Source: Eledone cirrhosa (Eukaryota). Taken from it: a DNA stretch of 64,000 nt. Shown piece after piece: positions 33,624 through 47,562 of the stretch. The stretch spans positions 163,742,001 to 163,806,000 of the forward strand of contig OZ024741.1 in assembly GCA_964016885.1 (NCBI GenBank), read 5' to 3'. How positions within the stretch are numbered: position 1 is the stretch's first letter; every line of letters begins with the position of its first letter. The notes beneath the pieces are model-generated. The model saw only the letters and a program-made list of their open reading frames with translations, did no database searches and was not told where the DNA came from. A program made the position numbers and the translations under genes.

Positions 33624-35499
33624 AAATTGATTTTGCAGATAAGACGTTTTTTCAAACTTATACTATTTCTAGAGCAATAAAAAATATATACGGGAAATCT
33701 TCAGAATTTGCCCCAGCATGGCCTCAACCTTTTGGCTAGAAACACGCAATAGAGTAAGAGTAATTTGTGAAACTGAAATGACCAAGGAAATGATAGTTAA
33801 TTCACCAACTCTCTAGCATCTTAATAGGATATCTATCAGCTCCTTAATATGGCATACTAACAGTAGTTTAATCGAACTCAGAGTCAATACATATAAAGAT
33901 GGCCATAATTGGAATTTCTCACAACTATCCGCTATTAGGATATATGTTAAACCATATCTGTCCTGAAATTGGCTGACAATTTAAAAATTACAGCTGAGAA
34001 TTTTGGAACAATTATTAGTAGAGTTATTAAAGACTAGCTAGCCATAATTATAGTCATTTGTTTCGATAAATTCAATTGGCACTTGTCTAAAATAACATTT
34101 ATCGATCAGCCTCTTTCCAATCAATCAATGATGGCAGCTTTTATATTTGGATTTAGAAATTTAAATATTATTTATTTACTATACATACATTGTTTATTTA
34201 GTTGAAAATATATTCATGAACCTCAGTCTCTTCCCCCTCTTCTTCCTTTGCGTTTAAGATGATTGTCTTATAGAAATGTCCGCTATGCACAATGACCATG
34301 GTCGGTGACACAACATTCCATTGTAATGAGTTACAACTTTATTCAACTCGTTTCAATTCTCAAGCCAGTGAGGAGATTTCTATGTGAGGGCATGAGCTGC
34401 TAGAAATAGCAGCAATCTGTCTTTAAAAAAATAACTTATTAGATAATTCGATGATGAGTGAAAAGGGTGAACGTTTATGGTGAAACGCCTTTGGTCATAC
34501 ATTTGAACAAGATTGACCTGGAACTCCACACCAACGACATCAACAACATACAGTAACTATTTCTAACTTTGCCACATATTGTACATGATGGGTATAGTTG
34601 GTGCAGCCGAGCCTGTCATATTTTTATGTCACCATGCTGAAGAATTAAATTAATCTCAGTAATATATAAACACAGAATTGAAAGAAAAAACAAGACAAAA
34701 TACCACGTTGAAAAATGTATCTGCCACATATATAATTGATTTCTAATTTAGGCATAAGGCCAACATTTTTTTTTCTCGTTAAGTGCAAATTTGATAACAT
34801 CATCCCCAATAACTGACTGATATTTTAGTTTATCGATTCCAGAAGTATAAAACGCAGAATTTAAAGAGCCAGAATAAATGCCGCAATGGTACTTCATCTG
34901 ACAAGCTACAGCCGTGTCGTTTTAATATGATATTAACCATGACTATTAGATGAAGTGGCACAAAGTCACACTTTCTATGGTATAAATTTATTTTATTTAT
35001 TCTACGCCAATGCTAAAAATTAGCTTTGGCCTCAGAAACACAAAGAGCAGTTAATAATACAAAAATAATAACCAGCCACTATGATATTTAAAAACTTTGA
35101 GAGCAACATTAGCAAAGACATTTCTAATACATCCACCATATTTGTGGAGCAGCTGCTAACTGCAATACAACAACTTCAAGGTAAATATTCATTTCATATT
35201 TATGGAAACAAATGAAGAAATGATTTCTCTCTTGGCAGACACGTACTGCTAGAGATTGGGTCGCAGGAGTGGATAATGATATGGCTACCAGATATGATGG
35301 TTAGTTACGATATAAACGTGCTTTTGTCGGGCGAATAAACAACCAAGGAACAACAGCGATAAACTAATAGGGAAGATGGATCAATTGGTGACACTATTAG
35401 CTCTCAAGAAAACTCTCATAACCCAGTGGTGTAGCTACGACGGGGCGAGTAAAGGCCGTTTTTAAAGAGACTTAGTATTCATGGACGTGAGAAAAGTAA

Positions 35500-35966
35500 C
35501 ACATTGGTGACTAACGCGAATAAGATCACCACCAACAATAAAGGCATTCATACCTCATCGCCCTTCGCACAGGAAAACAAGGAACGCGTTCATGCCTTTG
35601 TAGAGGTGCCTGTTCGAAAATTATATAGCAGTCGCCACCCAACTCGACAAGAACTGACGATGGGATTGCGACCTGAACTGGGAGGCTTACCATGGAAGCA
35701 CGAGACAGACGTATCCCAAAACCCCAAAGAGGGTCCGAAAGGTAGCAACCTTGCCAATTGGCAATTGCAACGTTACAACCCTTACAGATTTTACGAGCTA
35801 AGGTCAACTGGTAGGAGGCCCACGGTAAACCCCGAGCAAAATATTTAGATAACATCCTTGTGCTTGACTGGTCATGCTCGGAAATCCAACCGGATTAGTT
35901 GGAGGTGCTTCTGATGGAAAGAGTACTTCAGGACTCTGTGTCTTTGACCCTCCCAAGAAGAAGAAG

Positions 35967-35996
<30 letters not shown>
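35500..35996 (+). mobile_element. Internally deleted RTE-type element with (GAA)n tail
   Basis: IGNCNVTTL (APE start, cf. IGTWNVRTL) near 35757 closely followed by a GRRP/KPRAKYLDNI C-terminal motif and (GAA)n at 35955-35996. Confidence 0.5.
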
Positions 35997-35997
<1 letters not shown>

Positions 35998-36704
35998 GAT
36001 TTTTAATTTAGGCACAATGCCGGTAATTTGGGGAAAGATGAGACGATTACCTCTACCCTTTTGCCTGACTGGCACATTGTTTTTATTGACTAGGATGAAA
36101 AGCAAAGTTGACATCGGTTTAATTTTAACCCTGAACAAAGAAAACGCAAACAGAACTGAAATATATTTAAACTCAATGCCTCCTCTTCATCTAATCTCAA
36201 CATGAATTCTCACATAGCTAAGCTCTTATTGTGATTATTCATCAAACACGTTATGTTATTTTTTTTTTTAATCGGGAATCATTTATAAGGAGGAATCTGC
36301 GAATTTTTCGTTCAATTTATGCTTTATGAGTAATACTGAAATAGAAAATGTGAAACATTTGATGAGACTTCTTTTAATACAGATCATGTGGTTCAAACTC
36401 AGCCCATTTCACAGTACCCACGTCATATTTCTGTGTTAAGAAAGTTTATCTAAATGATTGTATAGTAAACAACTAGTAGAACTACAAAGGCAATTAATAT
36501 ATAAGTACAGATTTAAACTTGTTTCCTCATCGTTTCCATAACTAACGTCTTCAGCTGTTGTTTGACCCGTTGTTGTACTCTTCAGCCGATATTGAACCGA
36601 TAAGAACTGTACCGGTAGATACTTTTGCATCGATAAACAAGACCGACATCTCTCCTTTCCTAACGGGCTGCCAATTTAGAAAAAAATAAAGAGAATATGG
36701 ACAA

Positions 36705-36782
36705 AGAGAAGAGAAAGAGAGAGGGGGAGAAGTATAAGAGAGAGAGAGAGAGAAGAGAGAGAGAAGAGAGAGAGAGAGAAGA

Positions 36783-36829
<47 letters not shown>

Positions 36830-36873
36830 AGAGAGAGAGAGAAAGAGTGGAAGTGAGAGATAGAGAGAGTAGA

Positions 36874-36932
<59 letters not shown>

Positions 36933-36963
36933 TAGACACACAGAGATAGACAGAGAGAGAGAG
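36705..36963. repeat. Imperfect (GA)n purine tract
   Basis: Direct reading. Confidence 0.95.
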
Positions 36964-37402
36964 GCGAGAACCAGAGAATCGGAGTATGCATCGCAAATCT
37001 TCCACCGCCATCACCTAACATTGTACAATGATCTTAAAACATTTATTACAACGACATCAACTAGATGTCTCATATTAGGAACAAACCTTTATACATTGCA
37101 AAACAAACTTCGACTAATCAATATTGAAAAAATATTAAATCTAATAAATTTTATTCCAGTTAATACAATATTATTTTTACTAAAATAAAAACATATTCAA
37201 ACTTTTCAGAAATAATTTAAAGAAATTTAATGTTTTATGTTTGTGAAGAAATCAATTTAAGTAAATGAAATTAAAAATATCACTTATGTTTTGAAAAAAA
37301 ATCAAACATTTGTAATTTGCGATTGATTACACTCTATCAGTTAAAAATATCTAATCAAATCAAATTGACAAAAAACTCTTCCAACAATATATATATATGT
37401 GT

Positions 37403-37449
<47 letters not shown>

Positions 37450-37536
37450 TGTATAAGTCCCGGGTTCATATATGTGAGTCCAAGGGTAGCTACAGTACGT
37501 AATGTACTCAATACATAGTAGAGTGTAAACATCGAG

Positions 37537-37650
37537 TTTAATATAGAAATGGTTTCTACAGGACTAGAACTGTTTCATTCAAAAGGGTTTCCTGCTGATT
37601 TCTTTTGAATGAAACAGTTCTAGTCCTGTAAAATCCATTTGTATATAAAA
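37537..37650. repeat. Fold-back inverted repeat with a partial hammerhead motif
   Basis: TACAGGACTAGAACTGTTTCATTCAAAAG and CTTTTGAATGAAACAGTTCTAGTCCTGTA are reverse complements. Confidence 0.85.
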
Positions 37651-37659
37651 CATGGTTAT

Positions 37660-37753
<94 letters not shown>

Positions 37754-37932
37754 ATAATAATAAATTTGAAGACTAAAATCCAAAGAGGCTCGATAAGGAT
37801 AAATATATATCAAATATACAAGAACCGTAGAGCAAATATTTATGAGTTTCAGAAGATCGCGTTAAGGGTGAGAGCAGCGATTCTTTGCTCAAACTTTAAT
37901 CTGTTATTTTAATAAATATATATATATATATA

Positions 37933-38143
37933 TAGAAGTGGTTACACAACAGTTAGTTCACCATACCGAGAACAATTGTTTCACCTTAGCGGATCCTCGT
38001 AAATTACGAGCTGAGGATCCGCTAAGGTGAAACAATTGTTCTCGGTATGGTGAACTAACTGTTGCGTAACCACTTCTACCTAACTCGTCCCATTTGACTG
38101 AGTGCTCTACCACTACGGATATTACCTTCCAGTGTTCTACCAC
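37933..38143 (+). mobile_element. Penelope-like pLTR fragment with inverted 5' arm, between (TA)n tracts
   Basis: Arms 37933-37998 and 38013-38078; homologous to 55098-55281. Confidence 0.7.
38007..38044 (+). ncRNA. Minimal type I hammerhead ribozyme motif (weak stem II)
   Basis: cgag CTGAGGA tccgctaaggt GAAAC aatt GTT ctcg. Confidence 0.6.
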
Positions 38144-38160
38144 TATATATATATATATAT

Positions 38161-39075
38161 TCCAGGCTTATGGAATCCCCAAGAAGATAGTGGATATCAC
38201 CAACACCAGAGCCCAAGTTATTACACATGACGAAGTTCTTTGAGATACATTGGCTCCCTACGTTTTCATCATCACAGTGGCCTACTGTATGCGCTTTGCA
38301 CTGGAGAAACACTCGGGCTTTACTATAGCACCGGCTCAGAGCAGGAGAGTTAAGTCTAGAATGATTTCAGATGCTGCATTTGCTAACGACACAGTTCTGT
38401 TGACAAACACAGTGAAGTGGGAAGAGGAGTTGATGCAGGAGGTGGGAATTGTGTCGATGAGTGTGGGGCTGAGAATAAATGAAAGTAAGACGAAGTATAG
38501 TGTAGAAAACATTAAGGAGCCAGAAAAGATTATGAATGTGGGCGGGAAACCACTAGAGTTGGTTGAGGACTTCCTGTATATAGGAGCAAAGATTGGGAGC
38601 ACAGAGAATGATGTGTTGGAGTGGAAGAGAAAAGCCTGGGCGGCGTGTCACAGTTTGGGGTCGGTGTGGAATTCCAACCTTCGTAAAGATCTGAAGATCC
38701 ATCTCTTCATCGCTACAGTGGAGTCTGAGACTTGGACACTGACCAAGGGACAGATGATGGATAGGTTCTACACGAGGATGATACATTAATCAGTATGCAC
38801 TAAGGATGAAGAACACAGAGCTGTACGGGAGCCTCGCAAAAGTCAGCCCGTAAGTGACACAGAGGAGACAGGTTAGCTTGTCATGCTCACCCACCGACAT
38901 TCAGAGTTTATACTGCACTCAGTGATCCTGTGGGAGCTTTTACACGGAGACACTGGAAGGTGGAGACCCAGGTTGACATATATTGATCTGGGAGACGCAG
39001 GACATGGCGGCGATGATGAAGTATAGAGACAGATAAAGAGAACTCGTCCATGGATCTCGGGAATTTTACACACCC
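38161..39075 (+). mobile_element. RTE-clade LINE 3' remnant
   Basis: LAPYVFII, FANDTVLL (FADD-like), GLRINESKTK, EDFLYIG, ETWTLT; 3' end GAGAACTCGTCCATGGATCTCGGGAATTTTAC recurs near 50945-50976. Confidence 0.75.
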
Positions 39076-39076
39076 T

Positions 39077-39118
<42 letters not shown>

Positions 39119-39205
39119 GTAGAAGTTATATTTAATTTGTTGGGATACAACAAGCAAATATTTTTATAACTGATATAAAGCACTCAACAAACTTTTGGAG
39201 TAAAA

Positions 39206-39606
39206 ATACAATATATTAATAAATGGAAACTATATTTATAAAACCATATGTATTTCATTATACATATTTCAAGGACACCAAAGCAAATTATGGTGCGCTT
39301 TCATCAGATAAAATATAATATAGATCAGTTTTATAAACAAATATTGACATACCCTTAAAAGAATGCGACCATGTCTGTTGATCTTACTTTGTTCATCGGC
39401 AATCGGAAAGTCACCACTATCCAGAAGCTTCCAACAGACATGGTCGCATTCTTTTAAGGGTATGTCAATATTTGTTTATAAAACTGATCTATATTATATT
39501 TTATCTGATGAAAGCGTACGATAATTTGCTTTGGTCTCCTTGAAATATGTAAGATGAAATAAATATGGTTTTATAAATATAGTTTCCATTTATTAATATA
39601 TTGTAT
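39206..39606. repeat. Inverted repeat with about 175-bp arms and a degenerate hammerhead core
   Basis: 39206-39380 is the near reverse complement of 39432-39606; CTGATGA...GAAATATGTA in the right arm. Confidence 0.88.
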
Positions 39607-39772
39607 ATATATATATATATATATATTGTATAAAATACAAGGCAAGCTGGCGTATACCTTCCTAGATATTCTGTTTCCCGAAGCAAGTTGATCTTACTTT
39701 GTTCATCAGCAATCGGAAAGTCACCATTATTTCTTTAGTGATTACAACCACACATTCGGGCAACAATATATA

Positions 39773-39821
<49 letters not shown>

Positions 39822-40022
39822 TGCCTTATCTATCCAGTTCTTAGTAACAGGATATCCTTGCATTTCCTAAAAGTGATGCAGTCAGAAAGAAGATCCAGGT
39901 GCAAACTACTGCGTCGAATAATCCGTTCCAGCCCATACCAGAATAGAAAAGCTTAAGGAAAATGCATAACAAACACACACACACATACACACACATACAC
40001 ACACACACATTTATGTATTATG

Positions 40023-40806
40023 CAGGGCCTGCGCAAACATATAGGCAAACTAGGCAGCCACCTAGGGCACTGATTTCATGGGGTGCAATTCTCCAAATCA
40101 ACAATAATTTTGGAAAATAAATAAATAAATTTCAGTTTTATTGAGTATCGTTTTTTTATCCAGATATATTTCATACAGGGCCAAATAATGGGAGAGATAT
40201 AGTCTGACCAGAGCAAGCAAAATGAATGAGTGAAAATCACGCGTGTAAGAAACTTTCAGGACGCAATTACGCCCACGTGTTTTTATAGGCCACGAGTTTT
40301 TCCAACAAAAACTTTTGGATAATTTCCCTAATGCTGCTATTGCATTGAGGATCCTTCTTACACTTCCAATATCAGTGGCAACTGGTGAGAGTAGTTTCTC
40401 AAAGCTCAAGCTTATAGAATCTTACACACACTCTTCAATGCTACAAGAGAGACTAGTTGGCTTGGCAATTATATCAATTGAACATGCTCAGGTGAAAAAG
40501 GCACACAAAATGAGATTTTGAATTGCCTTTCTGATTACATTTATCCCTCAGTCAAATTTGGTTTCAGGTGTGTTAGCATGGATGGTGGGAGCAATTCTAA
40601 ATTGGGGTCCAAATTTGGACAATTTAGTTGTAGTAATTAGTTTAGCTCTTTGCACTGTAAAATGGTCAGAAAACTTCGATATGCGATAAACATAACATGT
40701 ACATAAATTATAACGCATATCCAAATAGTCATGTGTTTTGGTAGTTTGGGGAGAAAATATAATCATTGGAGGGGGCATGCCCTCCTCCCCAGTTCCACCG
40801 CCACTG
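40023..40806 (+). mobile_element. hAT transposon remnant(s) with dimerisation domain
   Basis: FPNAAIALRILLTLPISVATGESSFSKLKLI...MLQERLVGLAIISIE (40315-40521); CAGGGCC-type start and CCGCCACTG-type end. Confidence 0.75.
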
Positions 40807-40922
40807 TATATATATAATGTTAAAAGAATTATGCTCTGTGCCCTTTCCTAAGGGGTTAAGATATCGAGCTTCTTCGCATTTGGTAAGAAACTTATATTAT
40901 ACTCAATTTATATATATACAAT

Positions 40923-41051
40923 AATTTATTATGGCTATTGGTGAGCTTTGTTACTCTAAAGTTTCACCTGCGCACTCACAGAATCACCAAACTTGTCTGG
41001 TGAGTACGCAGGTGAGATTCCAGAGTAACACGGCTTATCCATGATAAATTA
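40923..41051. repeat. Decayed fold-back repeat with a degenerate hammerhead core
   Basis: TGTTACTCTAAAGTTTCACCTGCGCACTCAC versus GTGAGTACGCAGGTGAGATTCCAGAGTAACA. Confidence 0.7.
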
Positions 41052-41149
41052 ATATTTAAATTCTACTTCAGTATTGAGTTTTCATTCTTATGTCCGTCAA
41101 TAATTCACGTACTCTCGGGTCTTTAATAATTATTAATCGTCCCCACACC

Positions 41150-42700
41150 CCGCGTAATAATTTGTCAGATTCCCCCGGCCCGCTTACTAAATCTGGGATT
41201 TCCTTTCTAAAGAGGATGTTTCATGACTGTCGTTTATGAGCATGTCCCTACTCTAGATACTTGCTAGAAATCAATCATGGCTTTTTACCAAGATTTATGG
41301 GGGTATATAACATCGATTCCACATTCGAGAAAGATCTTATTTCTTGGAGATGTAGATGTGGAAAAGGACGACCACATCTGGAGTGTTTGTGACGTCACGG
41401 CATATACGCTATGATAACCAATGATCTTCTCCTTTTGCTACTATGCTCTGAGTTTGAGTTAGTCGTGTGCAATACTTTTTTCAGAAAAATATGCTCTACA
41501 AAACAAAATGGATACACTCGAGGTCCAAACATGGACACATCTTAGGAAGAGAAACCTCGCGGATATCTTCTCTGTAAGAGTAATGTATGGTGCAGAATGT
41601 GGTACAGACCACAAATTGGATGTGGCAAGATGAAGATGCAGATCAGAAGAAAAGTGAAGGTAACAGAAGTACAAGTTCTAAAACGTATAGATGTGCCCAA
41701 ACTGAAAAGTACAGAAATGCGAAATGCTCTTCTTAATAAACTTGACGTTATCTTTCATGGAACTTGGAACAATTCAAGACACAGTTTAATGTGTTGTAAT
41801 CAGTCTTAAGAAGACATAACACCGAGACAGGTTTTATGATAATGAATACATCAGAATAAGGTAAGCTTTTGGCCCACAACCATCAAAAATAGAAACATTA
41901 AAGTAAAAAGATTGGAACTTCCTCATCAAACATCCAACAAGAATCATGAGTCGATAGACTGAACATTTTAAACATTTGTTTGATAACCCGTCTGCAGTAG
42001 AGGAGAAGTTAATAATGGAATACTGCACAAGGAGACAGTGACAGAAATGATAAATGATCCAACTATTGGTAAGATAAGGTCTACTATCAGAGAGATTAAC
42101 ATAGGAAATCTCCAGTTAGAATGGAATACTTGTTGAACTAATCCGATATGGAGGCGACAATGTTGTTATGGTCATTCATGGGCTAGTTGTATGTGTATGG
42201 CATGGTGACCCCGACCCACAAGACTAGATAGATGCAATTTTGCTGTCGATTTACAAAGGCATGAACGCCAAGTCCGAATGCGGTGATTATTGTGGTTTAA
42301 GTATTTTCCAAGGTCCTACTAAATTGTCTAATAAAATGGATCTGTTTTGGTACCATCCCTGAGACCCAGTGTGGATTCAGAGTTGGGTGGGATACTATGG
42401 ACATGATTTTCACAGAAGTGTGTCGAGCAGAGAGTTCCACTCTACCAGGTATTTATGGATACTATTCATTGTAGTGCATTGTGGGTCAAATTGGGGAAAC
42501 TTGGGTGCCTTCCTGAATTTGTTAGAATATGCAAAGAAATTCCATCAAAATGTGAAAGCAGAATTAAATATGAATGAGACACTCTCACCGTTAACCTCAG
42601 TGGGAAACGGTGTCAAAGAGTGTGACATCTGCACCCACCCTGTTCTTCATTTACTTCGCCGCATTGCTGACAAATTCCTTCCATGTTCATATATTCAATA
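41150..42700 (+). mobile_element. Heavily degraded RTE/BovB-like LINE
   Basis: QCGFRVGWDTMDMIF near 42365-42410 and YKG...SECGDY near 42250-42290. Confidence 0.5.
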
Positions 42701-42860
42701 CCTCAATATCTCGAAGTTAGTGTTGTTGATGATGGGTAAATATCATGAAATACATGTATACAGTATTATTACATGGGTGTACTGTGATACGACCTGAGTT
42801 AAAATATTCAGAGTGAGATTATATGTATGTTTGTTATTTTCATATGCTGTGGATTTCAAG

Positions 42861-43062
42861 GGCGGTGGATTGGCAGTATCGGTAGAGGGTCGGACGCCAT
42901 GCTTTCCAGCATAGTTACGTCCCTTTACGATCTGAGTTCAAATCCCGCCGAGGTTGACTTTGCCTTTCATCCTTACGGGGTCGATAAAATAAAGTACCAG
43001 TAATGCACTGGCCTTAAAATAAAGTACCAGTAATTGCTGGCCTTGTGCCTAAAGTAGAAACA
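42861..43062 (+). mobile_element. tRNA-type SINE with 18-bp TSD
   Basis: GTTATTTTCATATGCTGT at 42833-42850 and 43063-43080; 10 extra nt between the left TSD and the SINE head. Confidence 0.92.
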
Positions 43063-43947
43063 GTTATTTTCATATGCTGTAAACGTTGCTATTTGGTACC
43101 AATTAATAATCAACTATATTTCTGGAGGTTGTTCAGAAATTAAACATTAAACTTGAAAACGACATATCTTATTCCGGAATAAATGTTATTTATCAAAATA
43201 ATAACCATTTGAATCTACATATTTTTACAAATAACACACCACTTTATTTAATTCGGTAATCACCTATTAAATATGCACCTCCTATACTATGATCACTAGG
43301 ATTTATTTTCCTATTCACTACAGGAAGATTAACTGGAATTGTATTATCCAACTCATCCTTAGGTATTATACTCTACGATACATATTACGTCGTAGCCCCT
43401 TTCCCTTATGTTTTATTTATAGGAGCAGTATTTTCTTTATTTGCTGGATTTAATCATTGATATCCTCTAATCACGTTAAATCATCAATATACAAAATCTC
43501 ACTTTTATATAATGTGTGTAGGTGTAATTCTGACGTTCTGGAAGTAACGTATTCTTCAAAGGCAGATTTTGCGGATTTTGGTTGTTGGAATCTTTTCTTT
43601 GCAAGAAGTTGTCGAAATTATGAGAAGGTTTTAGTCGGTTGGTGAAAGATCTGATGAGTAATATAGATGAGAGTTTCTTGGACCAATTCGCTCAACTCCT
43701 GAAGCGTTGGTTGTGCGACACATGGACATCCTCTATTAACCAATGCTTAACATATATGCTTCAATATCTTTTATGAATTTCATCAGTTTTGTGACAATAC
43801 ATCTCTGCTACGATTTTTTCGCTGGAATTCAGAAAACTATAGTGGTTTAATCCGGCTGAAGACAACCAAACACCGACCAGAATATTATAGTCCATAACGT
43901 TCCTTGGTGCACTCTTGGCTTTGTCAAGTGTTTAGAACTATCTTCAA

Positions 43948-44110
43948 AGGCGGCAAATTGACAGAGTAGTTAGAGTGTCAGATTAAATATACCTCGATAT
44001 TTGTTTCGATTCATTATGCTCTGAGTTTAAATCTTGTTGAGGTCAACTTTGCCTTTCATCCTTTGGAAGTATATAAATAAAGTACCGTCCAGTACTTGGG
44101 TCGATTCTTC
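43948..44110 (+). mobile_element. Older SINE copy
   Basis: GAGGTCAACTTTGCCTTTCATCC...AAATAAAGTACC core. Confidence 0.7.
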
Positions 44111-45479
44111 CTCTATCTCTCTTTACTGCATTCTCTCTGTCTCTGTCTCTCTCTTCTGTGACCCCTCTCTCACTATAAAAAATCAGCTGTTTCCGACATA
44201 GAGATTAACAGATTCCACCAAGTTTAAAATACCAAAAACACGCGATATTTTAAGACATTGCCCCTAGGACCATATCAGGAGTTATAAAAACTTTACATTT
44301 TTATTAATTTTACAATATTTTCAAAAATATTCAGCTTAAAACTTTGCAAAACATTTGTATCTTAATAGATATGTAGAGTTTCTGAAGCAGAAAACTCACA
44401 AAATACACGAGGAAACAAATCTATAAATGTTTTTGAACACGTGTATTTTTAATTAAAAATATCTATTCTGTGCCGGTCCACGGCCAAAGAAAACATTGGT
44501 GCCCTCGACCGCTAAGCTGTTATCTCCCTCTTTCGACTCAGGTGTAGAATGACTGGTGCAGCGAATATAGCTAGCTGTTCTTCGCGATATTTTCGCTATC
44601 GTATTCATGTGTGTATGGGTGGGGGTAATTGAAACATTCTGTCCAACTGAGAGTTTAGTTTTGGCCCCTTCACACATACTTTTTCACTCGCTTTACTTTT
44701 CATTTCACTTTTCATTCTGTATAATGAAATCTAAAGAAAATGTTTTCCAATTATTTATTGTACAGATGATCTTTATGTATGATAGCCTGCGTGAAAATGA
44801 AGCAAACTATATTTATTTTTCAATAAATATATATTTTACTGTTTGAATATTCTTTTTTATTTAATCGGTCTATCAAATCAATGATTCGTTTTAATATGAA
44901 TTAGTTGGAATTCGATATCAGATTTTCAGATCTTAATTTCTTATCATATCTAATTAATGTTATCTATTCTATACGAATCAGTATTCCCTACTTTTGAAAA
45001 TAATATTTTTTTATCATTCTATATATTTTATTCAGAAAGCTGATAATATGACACAAACTATAGAGATAATTACATTAATTATTTGTCTTCCTCTGTATGA
45101 ATTCGAATCCAGGCAAATTTGTTTTTTATCATTTTACCGTTCATAGAAAACATAGAAGTGATAAACGGTGTTCGATTTAAGGGCGACCGCCATAACATGT
45201 ACACAATCATATCTATATTACATACGTATAGTTTATATTTAAATGTGTGTTGGACTCCTAGGAGATTGGGTATTTCTCTTATAAATTACTGAAAGAAATT
45301 GTAATGTTAAAAGGTAATGATAGCATGTTTTTTTCCACTGGTCATGTTTCGTAGACAGAAGATGTTTATTTTAACTGTGTCGTCAACTTAATTTGTAATC
45401 AAAGATTAGTCAAGAATTAAGTCAAGTTTTCACCTGAACATTTCTTGCTGGAGCATCTGATATAATACAGGGAAAAAAC

Positions 45480-46345
45480 ACAGTTTTGAAAGCACCTTAC
45501 TATTGGCTTTGCAGTATATTTGATGTGTTAATACAAATCTGTGGCGATATTTGTCTTACAGGATCGTCTGGTAATTCTCAGGTTGAAGCGCTTGGATTTG
45601 CAAATAACATTTGGAACTTTACATTCATCGTTTTCCTCATTATTTGGCATGTTTGAGATCAATATATCAATCAAAGAACTTTAAGAGCAGGAATTTCATA
45701 TACATGTTGTAGTCGTGCAACTAAAAGAAACAAAAAAGATATTTAAAGATAGCACGAACGATGATGAATATGGGAACGTATTAATAACTGCAAAGAACTT
45801 TGTGGAGGAGTTAAGAATATCAGTAAATATTGGAATGTAAACCAGAGATATTTCGTTAAAAAACGAAGAAACAATTCACATATGAAATAGATAATGGAAG
45901 AATACAAAATGCCAGGGAAAAATTCAGGGTGAATAGTCATTTTGCAGTCTTAGATTCAGCAATACAATTAGTTGAACAAAGATTCTCATGTATACATTCA
46001 GTTAATCCTTTGTTTGGTTTCCTTTATGACATCAACAGGATGTGGAAAATGAGGAAGAATAAAACAATGGAACATTGTTTTGCATTGTTTGTGATATGAA
46101 CGGTATTGATCCTTGTAGATATGTGTAGGAAATTATCAAGTACTGCAAGATGCGGGGAAAAGTGTGCCCTTCACCCGCCACAAGATATTCTGAAATGTAT
46201 ATACAAAAAAGACAAACATATTCCAAATGCATTTATTGCGTTGTGTATTCTCTTAACACTTATTGCTTTGTATTTGTCTATTTATGGTCAGTTGTGAGAA
46301 GTTTTTTTTCCAAATTAAAATTAATAAATACGTATTAATGCTCAA
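45480..46345 (+). mobile_element. hAT transposase remnant
   Basis: FRVNSHFAVLDSAIQLVEQRF near 45923; PNAFIALCILLTL and SKLKLINTY at 46220-46338. Confidence 0.65.
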
Positions 46346-46576
46346 GGATGGTTAGGGTTTCTAGTCTGCCAGTGGAACTATGTAGCTAGCTTCCTTAATC
46401 TACTATTGTTATAGTATTAAATATTTGTACTATTCTTATATACACTACGTGTATATTACATTAATATATTTTTAAAAAGTATGGTATAATATATACTTTC
46501 AAACAAATGTGGTATTTCAACCCTCGTAATTTTAAACACACGATTTGCTGTGTTTATCACTACATATATTATTATA

Positions 46577-46762
46577 ATTGTTTCTACTTTTGGGACAAGG
46601 CCAGCAATTACCCCAGTAGATTACTGGTACTTTATTTTATCGACCCCGTAAGGATGAAAGGCAAATTAACCTCGGCGGGATTTAAACTCAGACCATAATG
46701 GGCCGTAACTCTTTGCTGCAAAGCATGGCGTCAGACCCTCTACCGGTACTGCCAACCCACCG
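46577..46762 (-). mobile_element. tRNA-type SINE
   Basis: Reverse complement of the 42861-type body. Confidence 0.9.
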
Positions 46763-46806
46763 TTAATTACAGGGTATCAGTATGAGTTATTAACTCTGCC
46801 TTTTAA

Positions 46807-46873
<67 letters not shown>

Positions 46874-47019
46874 ATACTTTGGGAGGGTCATGTTGCCAAT
46901 AAGAAACACACGCACCACATGTTCACTCCAATTTATTATAAATTAAATTTATAAATTTAAGAATTTAGAAATTTCCGGTTGGTTGATTGGTTCCACAACC
47001 GGACGGATGTTCATATATT

Positions 47020-47062
47020 GTCAAAGTTCTTTCGTCACCCATTCTGTGACCTCTTCAGTGAC
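47020..47062 (-). ncRNA. Minimal type I hammerhead ribozyme motif
   Basis: Minus strand: gtca CTGAAGA g gtcac agaatgg gtgac GAAAG aa CTT tgac. Confidence 0.72.
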
Positions 47063-47562
47063 TGGGGATTCTTCTCTTTGTTTTGTTCCTCTCCTTTATT
47101 CTGTCCTACGCCATCTTGTTTATATGTGTGTGTTGTGCTTAGTTTGCGCATGTGTTACATCCGGGTGTCTGTGTGTGTTTTTATTTGTTTATTTATTTGT
47201 TTATTTACATGTTACTTTTTGGTTGTTTGTTCTGTGTGTTTTCATTTTGTCCTTAATTGTAAGTTGTCATGTTGCTATTCCATTCGTGTTTTCTATTTAA
47301 TTTTGGTTGGAGTTCATTTATGTTTATTGCCTTTGTGATTTGTTTAGACAAATCACAAAGGCAATAAACATAAATGAAAACACACACACATAGAACAAAC
47401 AACCAGCCAGTAACATGTAAATAAACATATAAATAAACAAATAAAAACACACACAGACACCCGGATGTAACACATGCGCAAACTAAGCACACAACACACA
47501 CATAACTAAGATGGCGTAGGACAGAACAAAGGAGAGGCACAAAACAAAGAGAAGAATCCCCA

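Noticed and set aside
42861-42950. tRNA gene
   Set aside because: A/B-box-like head without a full cloverleaf, continuing into a repeated body with TSDs; it is a SINE.
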